A stretch of 64,000 nucleotides of DNA, counting the filler, from Sphacelaria rigidula (lineage: Eukaryota): NCBI GenBank assembly GCA_964200075.2. It is 6 parts of 6 records of this genome, joined end to end, with 100 filler letters (N's around TTAATTAATTAA, not from the genome) between each part and the next. Parts side by side here need not be neighbours in the genome. Positions count along the whole stretch, not along the records: positions 42,784 to 53,376 come from CAXNAA020006224.1; positions 53,477 to 64,000 come from CAXNAA020006336.1; 4 more parts are not named here. One strand, written 5' to 3'. Numbering within the stretch: the stretch's first letter is position 1; the number at the start of each line of letters is the position of its first letter. The notes beneath the pieces are model-generated. The model was not told where the DNA came from. It was given only the letters and a program-made list of their open reading frames with translations, and did no database searches. The translations under genes and the position numbers were made by a program. This document shows, piece by piece, positions 52,608 through 64,000 of the stretch.

Positions 52608-53322
52608 TTTGGCCAAGAACGAAAGTGACCTACGGAAGACGCAATGGTGCTCTGGAACGGTCTCAGCGAGTAGAGCAANNNNNNNNNNAAGTCATTCCAA
52701 GGTGTCAACATCCGCTGAGCCCTCTTTTCGGGGCAAAAACGACGGAGAAGTGTAAAAAAAGCACTTTCCAACATTTTTCAACAACTTTTATTTTTCGATA
52801 CATAAGAAGCAACCTTAACAAGTTATATTTTTCGATACATAAGAAGTAGACTACTTATGTATCGAAAAATATAACTTTTCGAAAAGTGCATTTTATGACC
52901 TTTCTCCGTCGTTTTTCCCCCGGAAAGAGGACCAGGCGGCTGTTGACACCTTGAGATGACTTGCTCCACTCGCTGAGACGGTTCCAGAGCACACATGCGT
53001 TTCCCGTAGGTCACGGTTTTGTTTTTGGCCAAACTTGCATTTTCAATGACAAACGGTCAATTTACCGAAAAAATGTCAATTTCCCCCCTGTTTTTTCATA
53101 ACTTGACCGGTTGTTATTGAAAATCCAAGTTTGGCCAAAAACAAAACCGTGACCTGCGCAAAACGCAAAAGTGCTCTGGAACTGTCTCAGCGAGTAGAGC
53201 AAGTCATCCCGAGGTGTCAACAGCCGCCTAGCCCTCTTTTCGGGGAAAAAACGACGGAGAAGGGCCAAAAATGAGCTTTTCAACAAGTTTTGGTTTTTGA
53301 TACATAAGAAGTAACCTAACAA
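52608..53322. repeat. Three units of about 200-240 bp in alternating orientation (forward, reverse, forward)
   Basis: Unit ttggccaa...gtgctctggaac.gtctcagcgagtagagcaa...aaacgacggagaag...gatacataagaag at 52608 (+), about 52850-53060 (-) and 53130 (+). Confidence 0.9.
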
Positions 53323-53577
53323 AACAGCCAATCATCTATGTTGAGGATGGTGCTTTTGATTGAGGATGAGAACCCGNNNNNNNNNNNNNNNNNNNNNNNN
53401 NNNNNNNNNNNNNNNNNNNNTTAATTAATTAANNNNNNNNNNNNNNNNNNNNNNNNNNNNNNNNNNNNNNNNNNNNCTTGGGGTTGGCGTTATGTTTGGG
53501 TTTCCGTGGGGGAGGGGGTTGGGGGGGGGGGGGGGGGGGGGGGGGGGCTATCGTAGAAAGTGTCGTGCACAATTTTT

Positions 53578-55103
53578 CAAGGGTCGGACGAATAATGATT
53601 CGTCTGGAGATTACTTGGTTCTAGTACAATTGAGCCGACTCGTACGAATCAATTGAGCCGACTCGTACGAATCAATCCCTAGACTTTCTTCGCAGCGTTG
53701 CAACCCAGGTACACGCAGCCCAGACACGTGGAATGGCGCAAATGTTGCGTGGATGCTCCTTGGACCAACGGCTCAGCTTTTTTCTCCCTTTTGGACAATC
53801 AGGCCGAAGAAATCGTGGGTTTGGTGATTCTCAGTCGCAATGATTCGTCCAAGCCGTGCGATATTTTCAAGGAGCGGTTGGTGTCGCCAGAGTCGCTGGC
53901 TCAGGAAAATTGGGCAGATCTATCAGCAGTATGAGAAAGAAAGACCACCCTTAGTCTGTGACCACCGGTTCGAGAGATCGAGCTAACGTGCCTAATAATA
54001 CTAGGAATATGAGAAACAATAATGATAATCATACCAGTAAGGTCGGATGTTATGGCAAACATATTTTTGGCTCACGGATTGTTCACTTTTGGGAGGTTTG
54101 ACCCACATTTCGATCCCCCCAAACAGGGAAAACCGCCGACACACGTCTCGGACTCTTTGCTGCATCGCCCTACAGAGAGTAGCCTGCTCTGCTCTTCAAA
54201 TTCCTTTGGCTCGGAGGTTTCGAGATTGGCCCCTGAACAAAAACTCGTGTGCAAAAATCTGTGCTTGACAACCCCCACCAGTCTGCCCAATAATAATCTG
54301 TGGAGATCGCCGTAGATTCTATTGCACACGGATTTTTGTTCAGCAACCGCTCTCGAAACCTTGGGGCCAAGCGAATCTGAAAAGCAGACTAGGCTTCTCT
54401 CTGTGGGGTGATGCAAAGTGTCCAAGACGTGTGAGCGATTTTCCCCGGTTCGAGGTCAAAAAGTGGCTCAAACGTCCCAGAAGTGAAAAATCCATGGGCC
54501 ATAACATCCGGCCTAATAAACAAAAAAAACTTATCTTGCCACCTACGTAGTCGTCAAGCCAAAAACAGTCTCTCGGCGCATATGAACTCCGTGTCGTCAT
54601 CGAAAGGTTGAGGATATTTTCGGCTCCGACGTCTGCACCGATCATTTCTAAGGGTTGGCGATATTTGATCAGCCGCAGGCCTCCGTAACACACCATTTTG
54701 GGCGGTCGGGTCATCACAGAGGCAACGTCAAGTTCAGAAATATGGTTCGCCTGTCAAAAATAAGTGTCAAACGGAAGCTTTCGTCATGAGCTTATCCAAC
54801 TCAGACCAAAATTTACTCGCTGCTCCTCACGGTTAGGACGAGTCTTCACGCCTGAGAATCACCAAATTCACGATTTCTTCGGTCTGATTGCCCAAAAAGG
54901 CAGAAAAAAGTCGAACCGTTGGTCCAACGGATATCCACGCAACTTTTGCGCCATTCCATGTGTCTGGGCTGCGTGCACCTCACCTGGGTTGCAACGCCGA
55001 AAACAATGCCTAGGGATTGATTCGTACGAGGACGAGTACGATTCGAATCAATCACACTAGAACCAAGTAATTTTCAGATGAATCATTATTTGTCCGACCC
55101 TAG
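53578..55103. mobile_element. Family A element with both long (about 270 bp) TIRs
   Basis: gggtcggacgaataatgattc... at 53581 and ...gaatcattatttgtccgaccc ending at 55100; TSD not resolved. Confidence 0.85.
54041..54513. mobile_element. PIF/Harbinger-type foldback MITE, TSD TAA, nested in family A
   Basis: TAA|ggtcggatgttatggc...gccataacatccggcc|TAA; arms pair almost to the centre. Confidence 0.88.
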
Positions 55104-55526
55104 CTACATCTTCATTCAGTTGGGGAGCACCGGAACACGCGAACACGCGCTAAACCCTATTATACCTCTGGAAAGCGAGACAAATGATAATGGATTTCGC
55201 CTTTTTTTTTTCTTTCTTCTTCTCTTCATTTTTTTTCACAGCAACGATGAATGTCGCAGATATGGAGGGCATTTGGCGTACAGCTTGCCAACAGAGACTT
55301 CGATCAAATGTTACATGGGTTATGCTGCAATGTCGTCACCCCATTTCTGTTCCGGTGACTATTCCTTTGTCGCCTCGGACAAAAGACTGCGCGATGCTCG
55401 TCTCCCACTGACAGGGGCGCATTGTTCAAGGATGTACATACCGCACGTCGCACAACAAAATATCGCAGAACACCCAATACTTCCCATGAAAATGTCTACA
55501 ACAGTAGTACAATAAAACAGTACCGA

Positions 55527-55957
55527 GGCCGTTTCTGACGATTCGTACTGTTTTGTGCTCGTATTTTCCACTTCCGAGACATTTTGACACGGTTTTTAGC
55601 CGCTAAACAAAGAATATCGCCCATCACACGTCTTGTACACTTTGCATCGCTCCACCGGGAGGGGTCTAACCCACATTTCCAATTCGCACAGCTCCAAGGT
55701 TTCGACAACGGCCTCTGGACAAAATACCATAATACCGCATTTTATTTTCCAGCTGCATTTTTGTACAGAGGCCGTTGTCGAAACCTCGGAGCCGTGCGAA
55801 TCGGAAAGGTGGGCTATACCCCTCCCGGTGGGGCGATGCAAAGTGTACAAGACGTGTGATGGGCGCTATTCTTTGTTTAGCGGCCAAAAAACCGTGTCAA
55901 AATGTCTCGAGAGTGGAAAATACGTGCCAAAAAAATTACGAACCTCAAGAAACGGCC
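55527..55957. mobile_element. Foldback element related to 54041-54513
   Basis: ggccgtttct...agaaacggcc; arms of about 195 nt; shares the gatgcaaagtgt(a/c)caagacgtgtg core. Confidence 0.85.
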
Positions 55958-57848
55958 CAATAATGTTGCCCGATTCGTCAATCCATTGGATTCTTTTCAT
56001 CAGACGATTCGCTCCTTTAATTTTGCCCAATCCGTGGACCTGCTGCTTCATCAGAATTTTCCGCACGGAACGTGATCTCCGAACGACGATTATTGATACG
56101 CATGCCTTGCCTTGGTCGTGAAAGTGGAAACATGATACTACAGCTCCTTTATACTCGCCACGAAGAGGTACCATCCGCCGGGTTCGGGTACAGTAGGACG
56201 CTCATGGTGAAGGTTTGGGAGGGAAACGACAGACCCAGGTGTGACTGTGGCCAATCTCGCCAGGATCAGGTATGCGGCGGGTTTGATCATTATTCATTTG
56301 TTATTTCCGCACATGAGTCCGATCTCTCGAATCCGTGGTCACAGACGAGGGCTCGTCTTTCCAATACCGTCCCTGTGATTCCTCACAAGACATATGAGAG
56401 CCCTCCATCATTTTTCCAAGACTCCAGCCTAATTACAAGAACGAACGATCATATGGCCGCGAAATCGCGTTCGAGCGTCGCGGTACAGCCTGCACCTGTT
56501 TCAGACAGAAAACGTCCAGATATACCCGGATCTGTCGTTTGCCCAATAACAAACCATACTGTTCCAGCTTACGACCATGCATTATTATAGACTATGATTG
56601 TGGGTGTTGTAGTCGTATCTATCCCGGCCGCCAGTGTTGACCTTACGGTAGATGTGGACGTATCAGCTGGGGTCAGATAGGAGGAAGGTCAACACCGAAC
56701 CTTGTCTTCTTTACTTTTTCACTCGAAGCAAACCCCAGTCCTGCGTCAAAATAAACTGTTTTCGGAACAGAATGAGAACTTTTCATCTCGTCACGCACTG
56801 CTCAGCGTGCAACCCCAGATCGGGGCACATGGGCTTGTTAACTGTTGGATCCTCTCTGTATGGGTGATGAGAGTGTATATATATATATATGTATAAAGTC
56901 ATCCAGACATAGCCTGTGGAGGTGGTTAACAGGACATGCGACCGACGCTAGCGTGTCGGAATGCCGACAGGGTACAGTATGTACAACCGTGCCTACCGAG
57001 CTCAGCACCTCTACAGGGGATGTCTAGATGACTTCATATATATATATATATACTCTCATCGCCCAGACAAGGAGGATTCCAGTGCAGATCTATGGTTGCC
57101 TGCGAGCACAGCAACTTCTCGGGTGCTCATCATGAGGAAGTGAGTGCGCCGGCGTGTCCCATGTGCATTCACTCACGGTGTACGAACTCTGGGCTGCGTG
57201 AAAGCCGTTTGGGAGGTGTACCGCCGGTATTGCCCAACATCCAAATAATCGATTACCCTCAGACAGCGAACTCTCCTCAGATGGACTATGCCACGTTTGG
57301 GGTTTAGAACAGCTTTTTTCTCCATGCACAAAGCGCCTTTTTTCATGAACCATATGGTTCTTGGCAGGGCAACTATACATAAAATAGGCTCGGAAAAAAA
57401 ACCTTGACCGGTTTTGACTCTGCAGCCACTTGCGTGCAGGGTCAGTATGTGTGCTGTATGTCTTCGCTGGATACAACGGCAAGAAACGGTTTGCGTGTCA
57501 TTGCTCTCCGCTGAACGCAGTCTACTGCATGCTGATGTCTCCGTTTACTGCTCCATACCACCACAGACACGGTGACGCTATGAGGGGTCAGGTAGGTGGC
57601 ATAGACCACGAGCGGGGTAGGAAGCACGTATTTTGCGCCCATGCTCTCCATGGTTCAACTGTCACGACCAACATCAGATATACGGCTACACAGCCAAGTA
57701 GTCAGTCCTTCCAACGCGGGATGTTACACATTGGGGATGGATTTGTTTTGAGAGAATTACAACCCTCGTATACAAACCAAATCTTCGAAGTATCCTTTCA
57801 TTTCTTCACTTGCTGGTAGCTATTGACAATCACTACACGCCATACAAA

Positions 57849-57980
57849 TTTAGATTTCGATAACCGGAATGTCGGGGTCCTAGGTGAAGGACCAATTTTG
57901 GCGTCCGATTGCAACACCTAAATCCCCCGACACTGGTTCTCACCTAGGACCCCGACATTTCGATTACCGAAATCCAAATT
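57849..57980. repeat. Inverted repeat/hairpin (about 45-nt arms)
   Basis: atgtcggggtcctaggtga...tcacctaggaccccgacat. Confidence 0.8.
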
Positions 57981-60029
57981 CGCATGGCGTGTAGTAGTTT
58001 TCAATAGCTACCAGCAAGTAAAGAAGTGGAACCATATTTCGAAGATTTGGGGTGAGTATCAAGATTTTGATTTTCCGGGTTCTCATCCCCAATATGTAAA
58101 ATCCCGTGTCCTCCGCAGTCCAACAGTAGAGGAACAAAGTGACCATTTTGACAGTGGTGATTGGTCAGAATAGTAGCTCCGCTTCTCTCGGGCCTCCTTC
58201 CTGGTTTCGAATTTTCCGTGGAAAACTTCCACGCATGGTTGACTTGGTGAACTGTTCGGCTATTCTACGACCGGGCCCCGACTCTTTCGTCAAAAACCAC
58301 CCTCTTGTCTGTCTCCTTGAAACCCCCGGATCTTATGTCCATGAACTGTCATTATGTCAACATGTGAAACTGTTCCGAGGCGACGCTCGCTGTAAAAGGG
58401 TTGACTTCCCTTTACGCCCTGATGTGCCGCCGACTGATGTACAAGCTGTCTCTGGCGTGTCCCACTATCAATAGTGGTGTCTTTACCCGTGGGCGAGAAA
58501 TCCACAGACTTCTTGTTAAAAAGCGAAACGGTCTTTGTGTGCGGGTTAATAGCGGGGGCAGTCACAAATATGGAGCAATTGCCAAAACCTGGTTTAGCGC
58601 GCCTGGATTCCCGCCGAAAACCGGTATAAGTGAAGATCCATTTCAGAGCTGCAATAAATATGCTGCCGCCTAATAGGCCAAACTACACCGCGAACGAATT
58701 TTGGCGAAAGGCACGCGCGGTGTACCCGTTAGGGACAACTCCATTCGGCTTTCATGGTTCGGGCGACGTGACTTCGCCGGTTCTCGGCGATCGACATGCC
58801 TGACCGCAGGTTCCCGACCAGCCCGAAAACATGTACACGTCAACGATGTTACCTGTCGGCGGCCGACCACTAAATATCGCGAGTTTTGCCGGTTGGGCTT
58901 GGAATAGTCTGCTGCCTCTAGGCTTCAGCTCCGTCAGTCCGTTTTTTTAATGGGCTTTTCCCTCTTGTTTGATGCTTCATTTCAAGCTTAAAAAAAACAA
59001 TGCTGTACAATGTACAATGAGCCCCATGGCACAGCTTTTGTACGAAATCTCGGATACATTTTCAATTCAACACAGTGTCAAATATATGAAATACGCAGGG
59101 GAAGGTTTCTCGGATCAGACCCGTAACCATGGCAGTTTGGAGTTTTGAATATTGAAGCCTGTCTTGGTGACGAGTGAAGAGTGACGCTATAGGCCATAGG
59201 GGCTTTGCTTTCAGGCAGCTGATACCATGGCTGCAGGAGGCGCGCATAGAGAAAATATCGCAATTTCACGCGCGTTTCAAGCGCATTATAAGCTTTTCTT
59301 CAAACATTTCAAGCTCTTGTCAAGATTTTCGAAGAAAAGCTTAGTTGAGCCCGAGAACCCCAAATTAAGCTAAACCTCAAGCGCGCTTACGGAGCTGAAA
59401 CCTAACCGTCTGTTGCTGTACGCATTAGCCTACACCCGCCCTGTAGTTATCCACAAGAGGGGGGCATGGCCATGCGGTCGGCAGTTTTCTCAAGCTGCGG
59501 AATCGCTGTCTCCGCCTGCGTGTGTACTGTGCTTCGGCACGTGTCTGTACCATATCTGGTCGCACATCGATGCGCTCATCGCGACGTCCGCCATAAATTT
59601 GCCAGGTGTGCATTACTATCTTGTGGAGGTAAGGTGAACGCACGCTAGCTGCTGCTTCCATATCTTTTCTTGGTTGACTCGACACTCCTCGCCGGCCGAG
59701 AACAGTCAGTGAGTTGACATGCGCATCGCAACTTCGACCATCTGTGTTTTGACTCCTCCTCGATTAATATGTGCCCGTCCACTTCGAACTGTGGAACAGC
59801 CGCGTGATTGTGGAGAGAGCCCTCTATGATTGTGTTGATGGCTTGGGATGGTGGTGGTCGGAATAACAGGATGGAAACTCCCGATATTTAGCGGCCAGCC
59901 GCCGTAAGGGAAACGGGCGCATGGTGACTAGACTCTAGCTTCGTATTTTATCGCGTTTCGTGAGTTTCAATCTGTTTGTCTTTTTTTATTGTTCATTTCC
60001 CCATACCTTGTTATAGGTGGCTATTATAT

Positions 60030-60130
60030 TTAGCCTGTGACGACGGAAGGCGTCCGCATCAGGTGCCCCGTACGAACGTACCGCGCGGATATCGGAACGG
60101 TTTTTAATGTGAAGACACAACAACAACAAT
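60030..60130 (+). mobile_element. LINE-type 3' end with (CAA)n tail
   Basis: Matches 21232-21294 in reverse. Confidence 0.7.
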
Positions 60131-61180
60131 CAAAATTTTGTACGATAATTACATTCGTACAAGGAGTTAAGTGACCGCATCAAGTCCGCGGTTATGATCC
60201 AAGTATCATCGTAGCCGGAAGTTTGGCAAGATATCATCTGTCGACTGATGGTAGGTGATGGGGGGGCGGGGGCGGGGGCGGTAGGTTGCCGTGCGAAGAG
60301 CTCAAGACTACATCGTCCTGTGTCCAGAGGCTTGAATGCCCCACTTCTCCATTCATTCTTGAGTGCATCGAGTGGCATTTGTTGTTTCGAGAGAACATGG
60401 TTTACTAGGTGGTTTAGGGTGGCTTTCAAATTCAATGATCGAGGGAAAGGTATATTATTCAGTGAAGATAAGACTTTCAAACACCGCCTACCCCAATTGT
60501 CGTCTTCACTTCATGCATGCTCAATAGAAGGCTCGCCTCGTGAGAGGATACTGTCACAACGCCACAACAAGGACGCATAGAGAACCCACATTCTCGCTGA
60601 AAGAAAGCTGAAAATGGGGCTTGAAACAACGAGAAAAACGCTGGGAAGAGAAGGTGGAACTCAATTTGAAAATAAAACGCGCATACGAAGATAAAGCCTA
60701 ATGGTCACGCGTGTGCGAAGGACATGTCTTCGGGTTGGCCGGGCACCTGCGATCGGGTTCGTCCATTGTCAAAAACCTGCGAGTTCGTCGCCAAAACGAT
60801 GAAGGCTGCTGCAGAGCTCGGAAATGGTACCAGTTATAACTCGCCATCATCATTCCATTGGTAATAATGGTAATGGGGCCATGAAAGTTTTGGATAATGG
60901 TTTCAACCCAATATTTACCATTACCGGCTACGTATGCTACATACAGCCCTTGAATATTGGCCCAGTTTCACCAAATAGCGTAAAAACGTGCTTCCGGCAT
61001 TGCGCCTGCAGCGGGTCTTCCGCGGGGGGCTTTTCGGCTCGAGGCTGGGCCGCTCGATGATCAAACCAATATGTGCGATTTGATCGGTTAATGGTTGGAA
61101 AAATCATTTCCGAGCTCTAATGAAAGCCGAATTGACTTGTCACAAACAGGTACACGACATCGCCAGAATCCGTTGCCCCC

Positions 61181-61673
61181 AACAATGTTTTCGTGAGATT
61201 GAGAGTAGAGGATACGATTGAGAGTTAATAGCGGTCAATTAGTGAGTGATTCGTTTCAGTTCCGAAATGCCCCTCTACGAGGCCTGACATGCTTCCTGTA
61301 GTAGCTTGCCACTGAGGCCCCTGGGGCCGTGTCTCATCAAATTATTTTTGACTCGAGAACGTACGGTGGAATCAGATTTGCTCGTGCCTGATACGTTCAC
61401 GACATTCATGTTCTCAACCATCTCAGAAAATCGGTAGCGTGGGCGAATCAGAAACGAGAGAATTCGATTCGACCGCACGTTTTCGACACGATAACAATTT
61501 GGTGAGACACGACCTAATATCCCCGAGTAGGATATCGACGTGTAGCTGTAAGCACACGCTAGTGATAGAGGCAAGGAAAAGCACACACGGGATGAAAAAA
61601 TGACCAAGTGAAAGCGAATGACCCAAGCTATTCTCAATCAGCGCTCTTCTCTCCATCTCACGAAAACGTTGTT
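61181..61673. mobile_element. Family I MITE with nested family H MITE (61325-61514)
   Basis: Reverse-complement match to 23238-23536 apart from a 190-bp insertion at a TGA site. Confidence 0.87.
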
Positions 61674-61827
61674 CCGTGTGATGTGGCGAATCAGGCGGCA
61701 GCATTACTATTCGTTGCCTTTCTGACGTGGATTTCCAGCTGTACTGTTTTTTTGGCGAAAATTCAGGTGGTATAGCGGTATACCGATTTTTGGCAATTGC
61801 CCGCAAATACTTCTGTATTCAATATGA

Positions 61828-62038
61828 GGCCTTGTCTCTCGAATTGTTTTCGACTCGAAAACGTGCGGTCGAATCGAATTCGCTCGTTTCTGATTCATGC
61901 ATGCTACTTACTTTCTCAGATGGTTGAGAACATGAATGTCGTGGACCTGTGGACGCACAGGTATCAGGTACAACGGTTCGAGCGAATTCGATTGCACCGT
62001 ACGTTTTCGAGTCGTGAACAATTTGGTAAGACACGACC
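61828..62038. mobile_element. Family H MITE (GGCC/GGTC termini, Harbinger-like)
   Basis: tga|ggccttgtctc...aagacacgacc|tgt; inverted relative to 61325-61514. Confidence 0.82.
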
Positions 62039-62153
62039 TGTGCATCCACATGAAAAAGATATCGTTACAGGACAGGAGTGTTTTGTTGTTCGGCGCAGGA
62101 CTGTACCTACTGTATCCTGCTTGGCACTTCCTAGAGACGTCAAGATGACGTCA

Positions 62154-62238
62154 GAATACTCTGGGCACCGATCACACACTCCAGCTGCAGTGCCGAATAC
62201 TCTGGGCACCGATCACACACTCCAGCTGCAGTGCCGAA
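62154..62238 (+). repeat. Exact 41-bp tandem duplication
   Basis: gaatactctgggcaccgatcacacactccagctgcagtgcc x2. Confidence 0.95.
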
Positions 62239-63904
62239 CTACTGTACCGACTGTATTGGGCAATCAGTAGTACAAACTATATTGGTTTCAAGGGCATCCA
62301 TCCATCAACAACGCTGACGCGCGGCTGGTGGGCGCTGACGTTGGGGAAAATTTGAACGCCAGAGTGGGTCATTTGGGATTTTATCTTCAGTGTAGGAGTG
62401 ACGATGATGCCTGTTGGAGTGATGACTTACCCTGGCCGTCTGCTCATAAGAGGGGGTCCCTCGATCATGCCATCGGGGGATCGGGGATCGGGGAATGGTG
62501 TGGGCTTATTTTTTTGTCAAATTATTGCACCGACCACGACCGACTGCAGAGAGTTGATGTCACTGAAGGCCCTGCAATGGACACCGACTGCCGCCATGAT
62601 AAAAGGGTCTCTGCGTGAACAGTTTTCATTGCTGCATAGTCGGGGTGTGAGGGACAGTTTGTCACGGGTATACTTCTGGCGAGGGACAATGGGGTGTAAA
62701 TCAGAGGCCCCATGGTGACCCCAGAACATTTTCAGAGAACGGCAACCTTGAAGAATAGAGAAGATAGTAGAGATTCTTTGATTCTTTCGAAAATGCCCCC
62801 ACGATCTCAGCCTGTTGATGCTCCACCCTGTTCATGCTTTCGCTTGCTTCGAATCCGACAGCAGAGCACGGCACATGTGTGAGGGAGCACGCGAACACCT
62901 CATTAGCTTCTGATTGTCATTTATGTCGATTTCCAGCTGGCCGTTCCGCCCCCGCCGCCCTGCCCAAAATTTGAAATCTAGACAGCAACCAGCACAACAC
63001 AGCCAACTTTTCTTCCACGTTGCCAAGCCGAAATACAGAGATACGGATGGCCAGCACGCCGAACTCAAACACTAAACACACCCTGCACCTCATACACGGC
63101 TGGCAAGAAACAGACGTTGCCAAGCATGGCTGCATTACCGTATTTCTCTCCGACCGCACTGTTCACAAACTTTTTGCTTCCGCTACAAGCGCCACCAGAG
63201 AGGAAGAGGAGGGGGGCAACGCGAGCCCGAATAATTCTTCGAAGTATCGTATCAGACAGATGGGATTTAGTGTCGGTTTGGATTTTACAGTAGCTGTCGG
63301 TTGTAGTAGGCTGTCCAGGTCCATCATCGACCCTTGTTCGGCCTGATCATGCCAACAGCAGCCGTGTACATCAATCATTCCCACGTGCCGGCACTGCAGG
63401 ATGCATTCGTCCAAGTTAGCATCGGAATCGCAAAGTTGCACAGGACAGCTCTCTCTACATCGAGTTTGGAGTCATATTTCGAACTTGGAAGCACCCGCCG
63501 CTTCGTCATCTGTGACCCCGATCGATACCTGCAAAAAATCTCTGACACGAACAGAACTAAAGCTCACACAGTAGCATCTCCATGACTTACCCTGTTTGTT
63601 CGCCATGTCGCTTTTTGCCGTGCCTGTTCGCGGTGCACCAAATGAGCAGCCCCGCTCTCCTCTCCCCACTTTGTGTATGTGCACGGCCGCGTTGCACACA
63701 GGCTTGGGGTGAATGGGCAGGTTCAGAACGGATCTGAGGTGAATTCTCAAATTATTTGACTATTTTCTCCTTCACACTTGCCCCACGCTTAACTCAGATC
63801 CGCGGTCGAAACCAATGAAGAACACTCCCGCCGGCCGACCACGCATAAACCCCTGACTCTCGTGGGGAGTACATTCCTTTACTGCAGTATGGTGAGCTGC
63901 AGAT

Positions 63905-64000
63905 GAAAATTTCTACGATAGCCCCCCCCCCCCCCCAAAAAATGCATGGTTTTCGGGGGCAAAAATTTCACGTAAATCGAAATGGGAAAAGCCCAGAACA
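63905..64000. mobile_element. Family B MITE end running off the window
   Basis: gaaaatttctacgatagccccc...aaaaaatgcatggttttcgg, the reverse complement of the right arm at 7390-7478. Confidence 0.85.

Noticed and set aside
62300..63700. Exon-like minus-strand segments with GTAAGT donors
   Set aside because: All frames contain stops and no product is recognisable.

Overview
Eukaryotic, repeat-rich DNA. A brown alga (Phaeophyceae) is inferred from intron style, a TTAGGG tract and retroelement peptides that resemble, from memory, Ectocarpus elements; this was not verified by search. The window is not one locus. Five identical 100-nt linkers (44 N + TTAATTAATTAA + 44 N) split it into six pieces of 10598, 10596, 10596, 10593, 10593 and >=10524 bp, i.e. 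apparently size-sorted unplaced contigs. No intact complete gene is evident. Recognisable coding remnants: a two-exon CDC5L/Cef1 pseudogene (frameshift plus stop), a decayed Ty1/Copia, a decayed Ty3/Gypsy pol with a clear integrase, a probable ARM-repeat gene 3' end, a multi-exon remnant with a B-box-like exon, and a short PHD-like zinc-finger ORF. The rest is a dense, nested set of non-autonomous elements: TA-, 3-bp- and 4-bp-TSD MITEs, long foldbacks, two tRNA-derived SINE families and LINE-type tails. I found no convincing new protein-based system. The best novelty candidates are (i) two 4-bp-TSD MITE families sharing a 17-nt terminus GAnnCnTnCTACGATAG followed by opposite homopolymer runs, (ii) an internal hairpin whose arms co-evolve within a TA-flanked MITE, (iii) an alternating inverted three-unit array, and (iv) a shared AAGTGCGAC 3' end linking a SINE to LINE-type tails.
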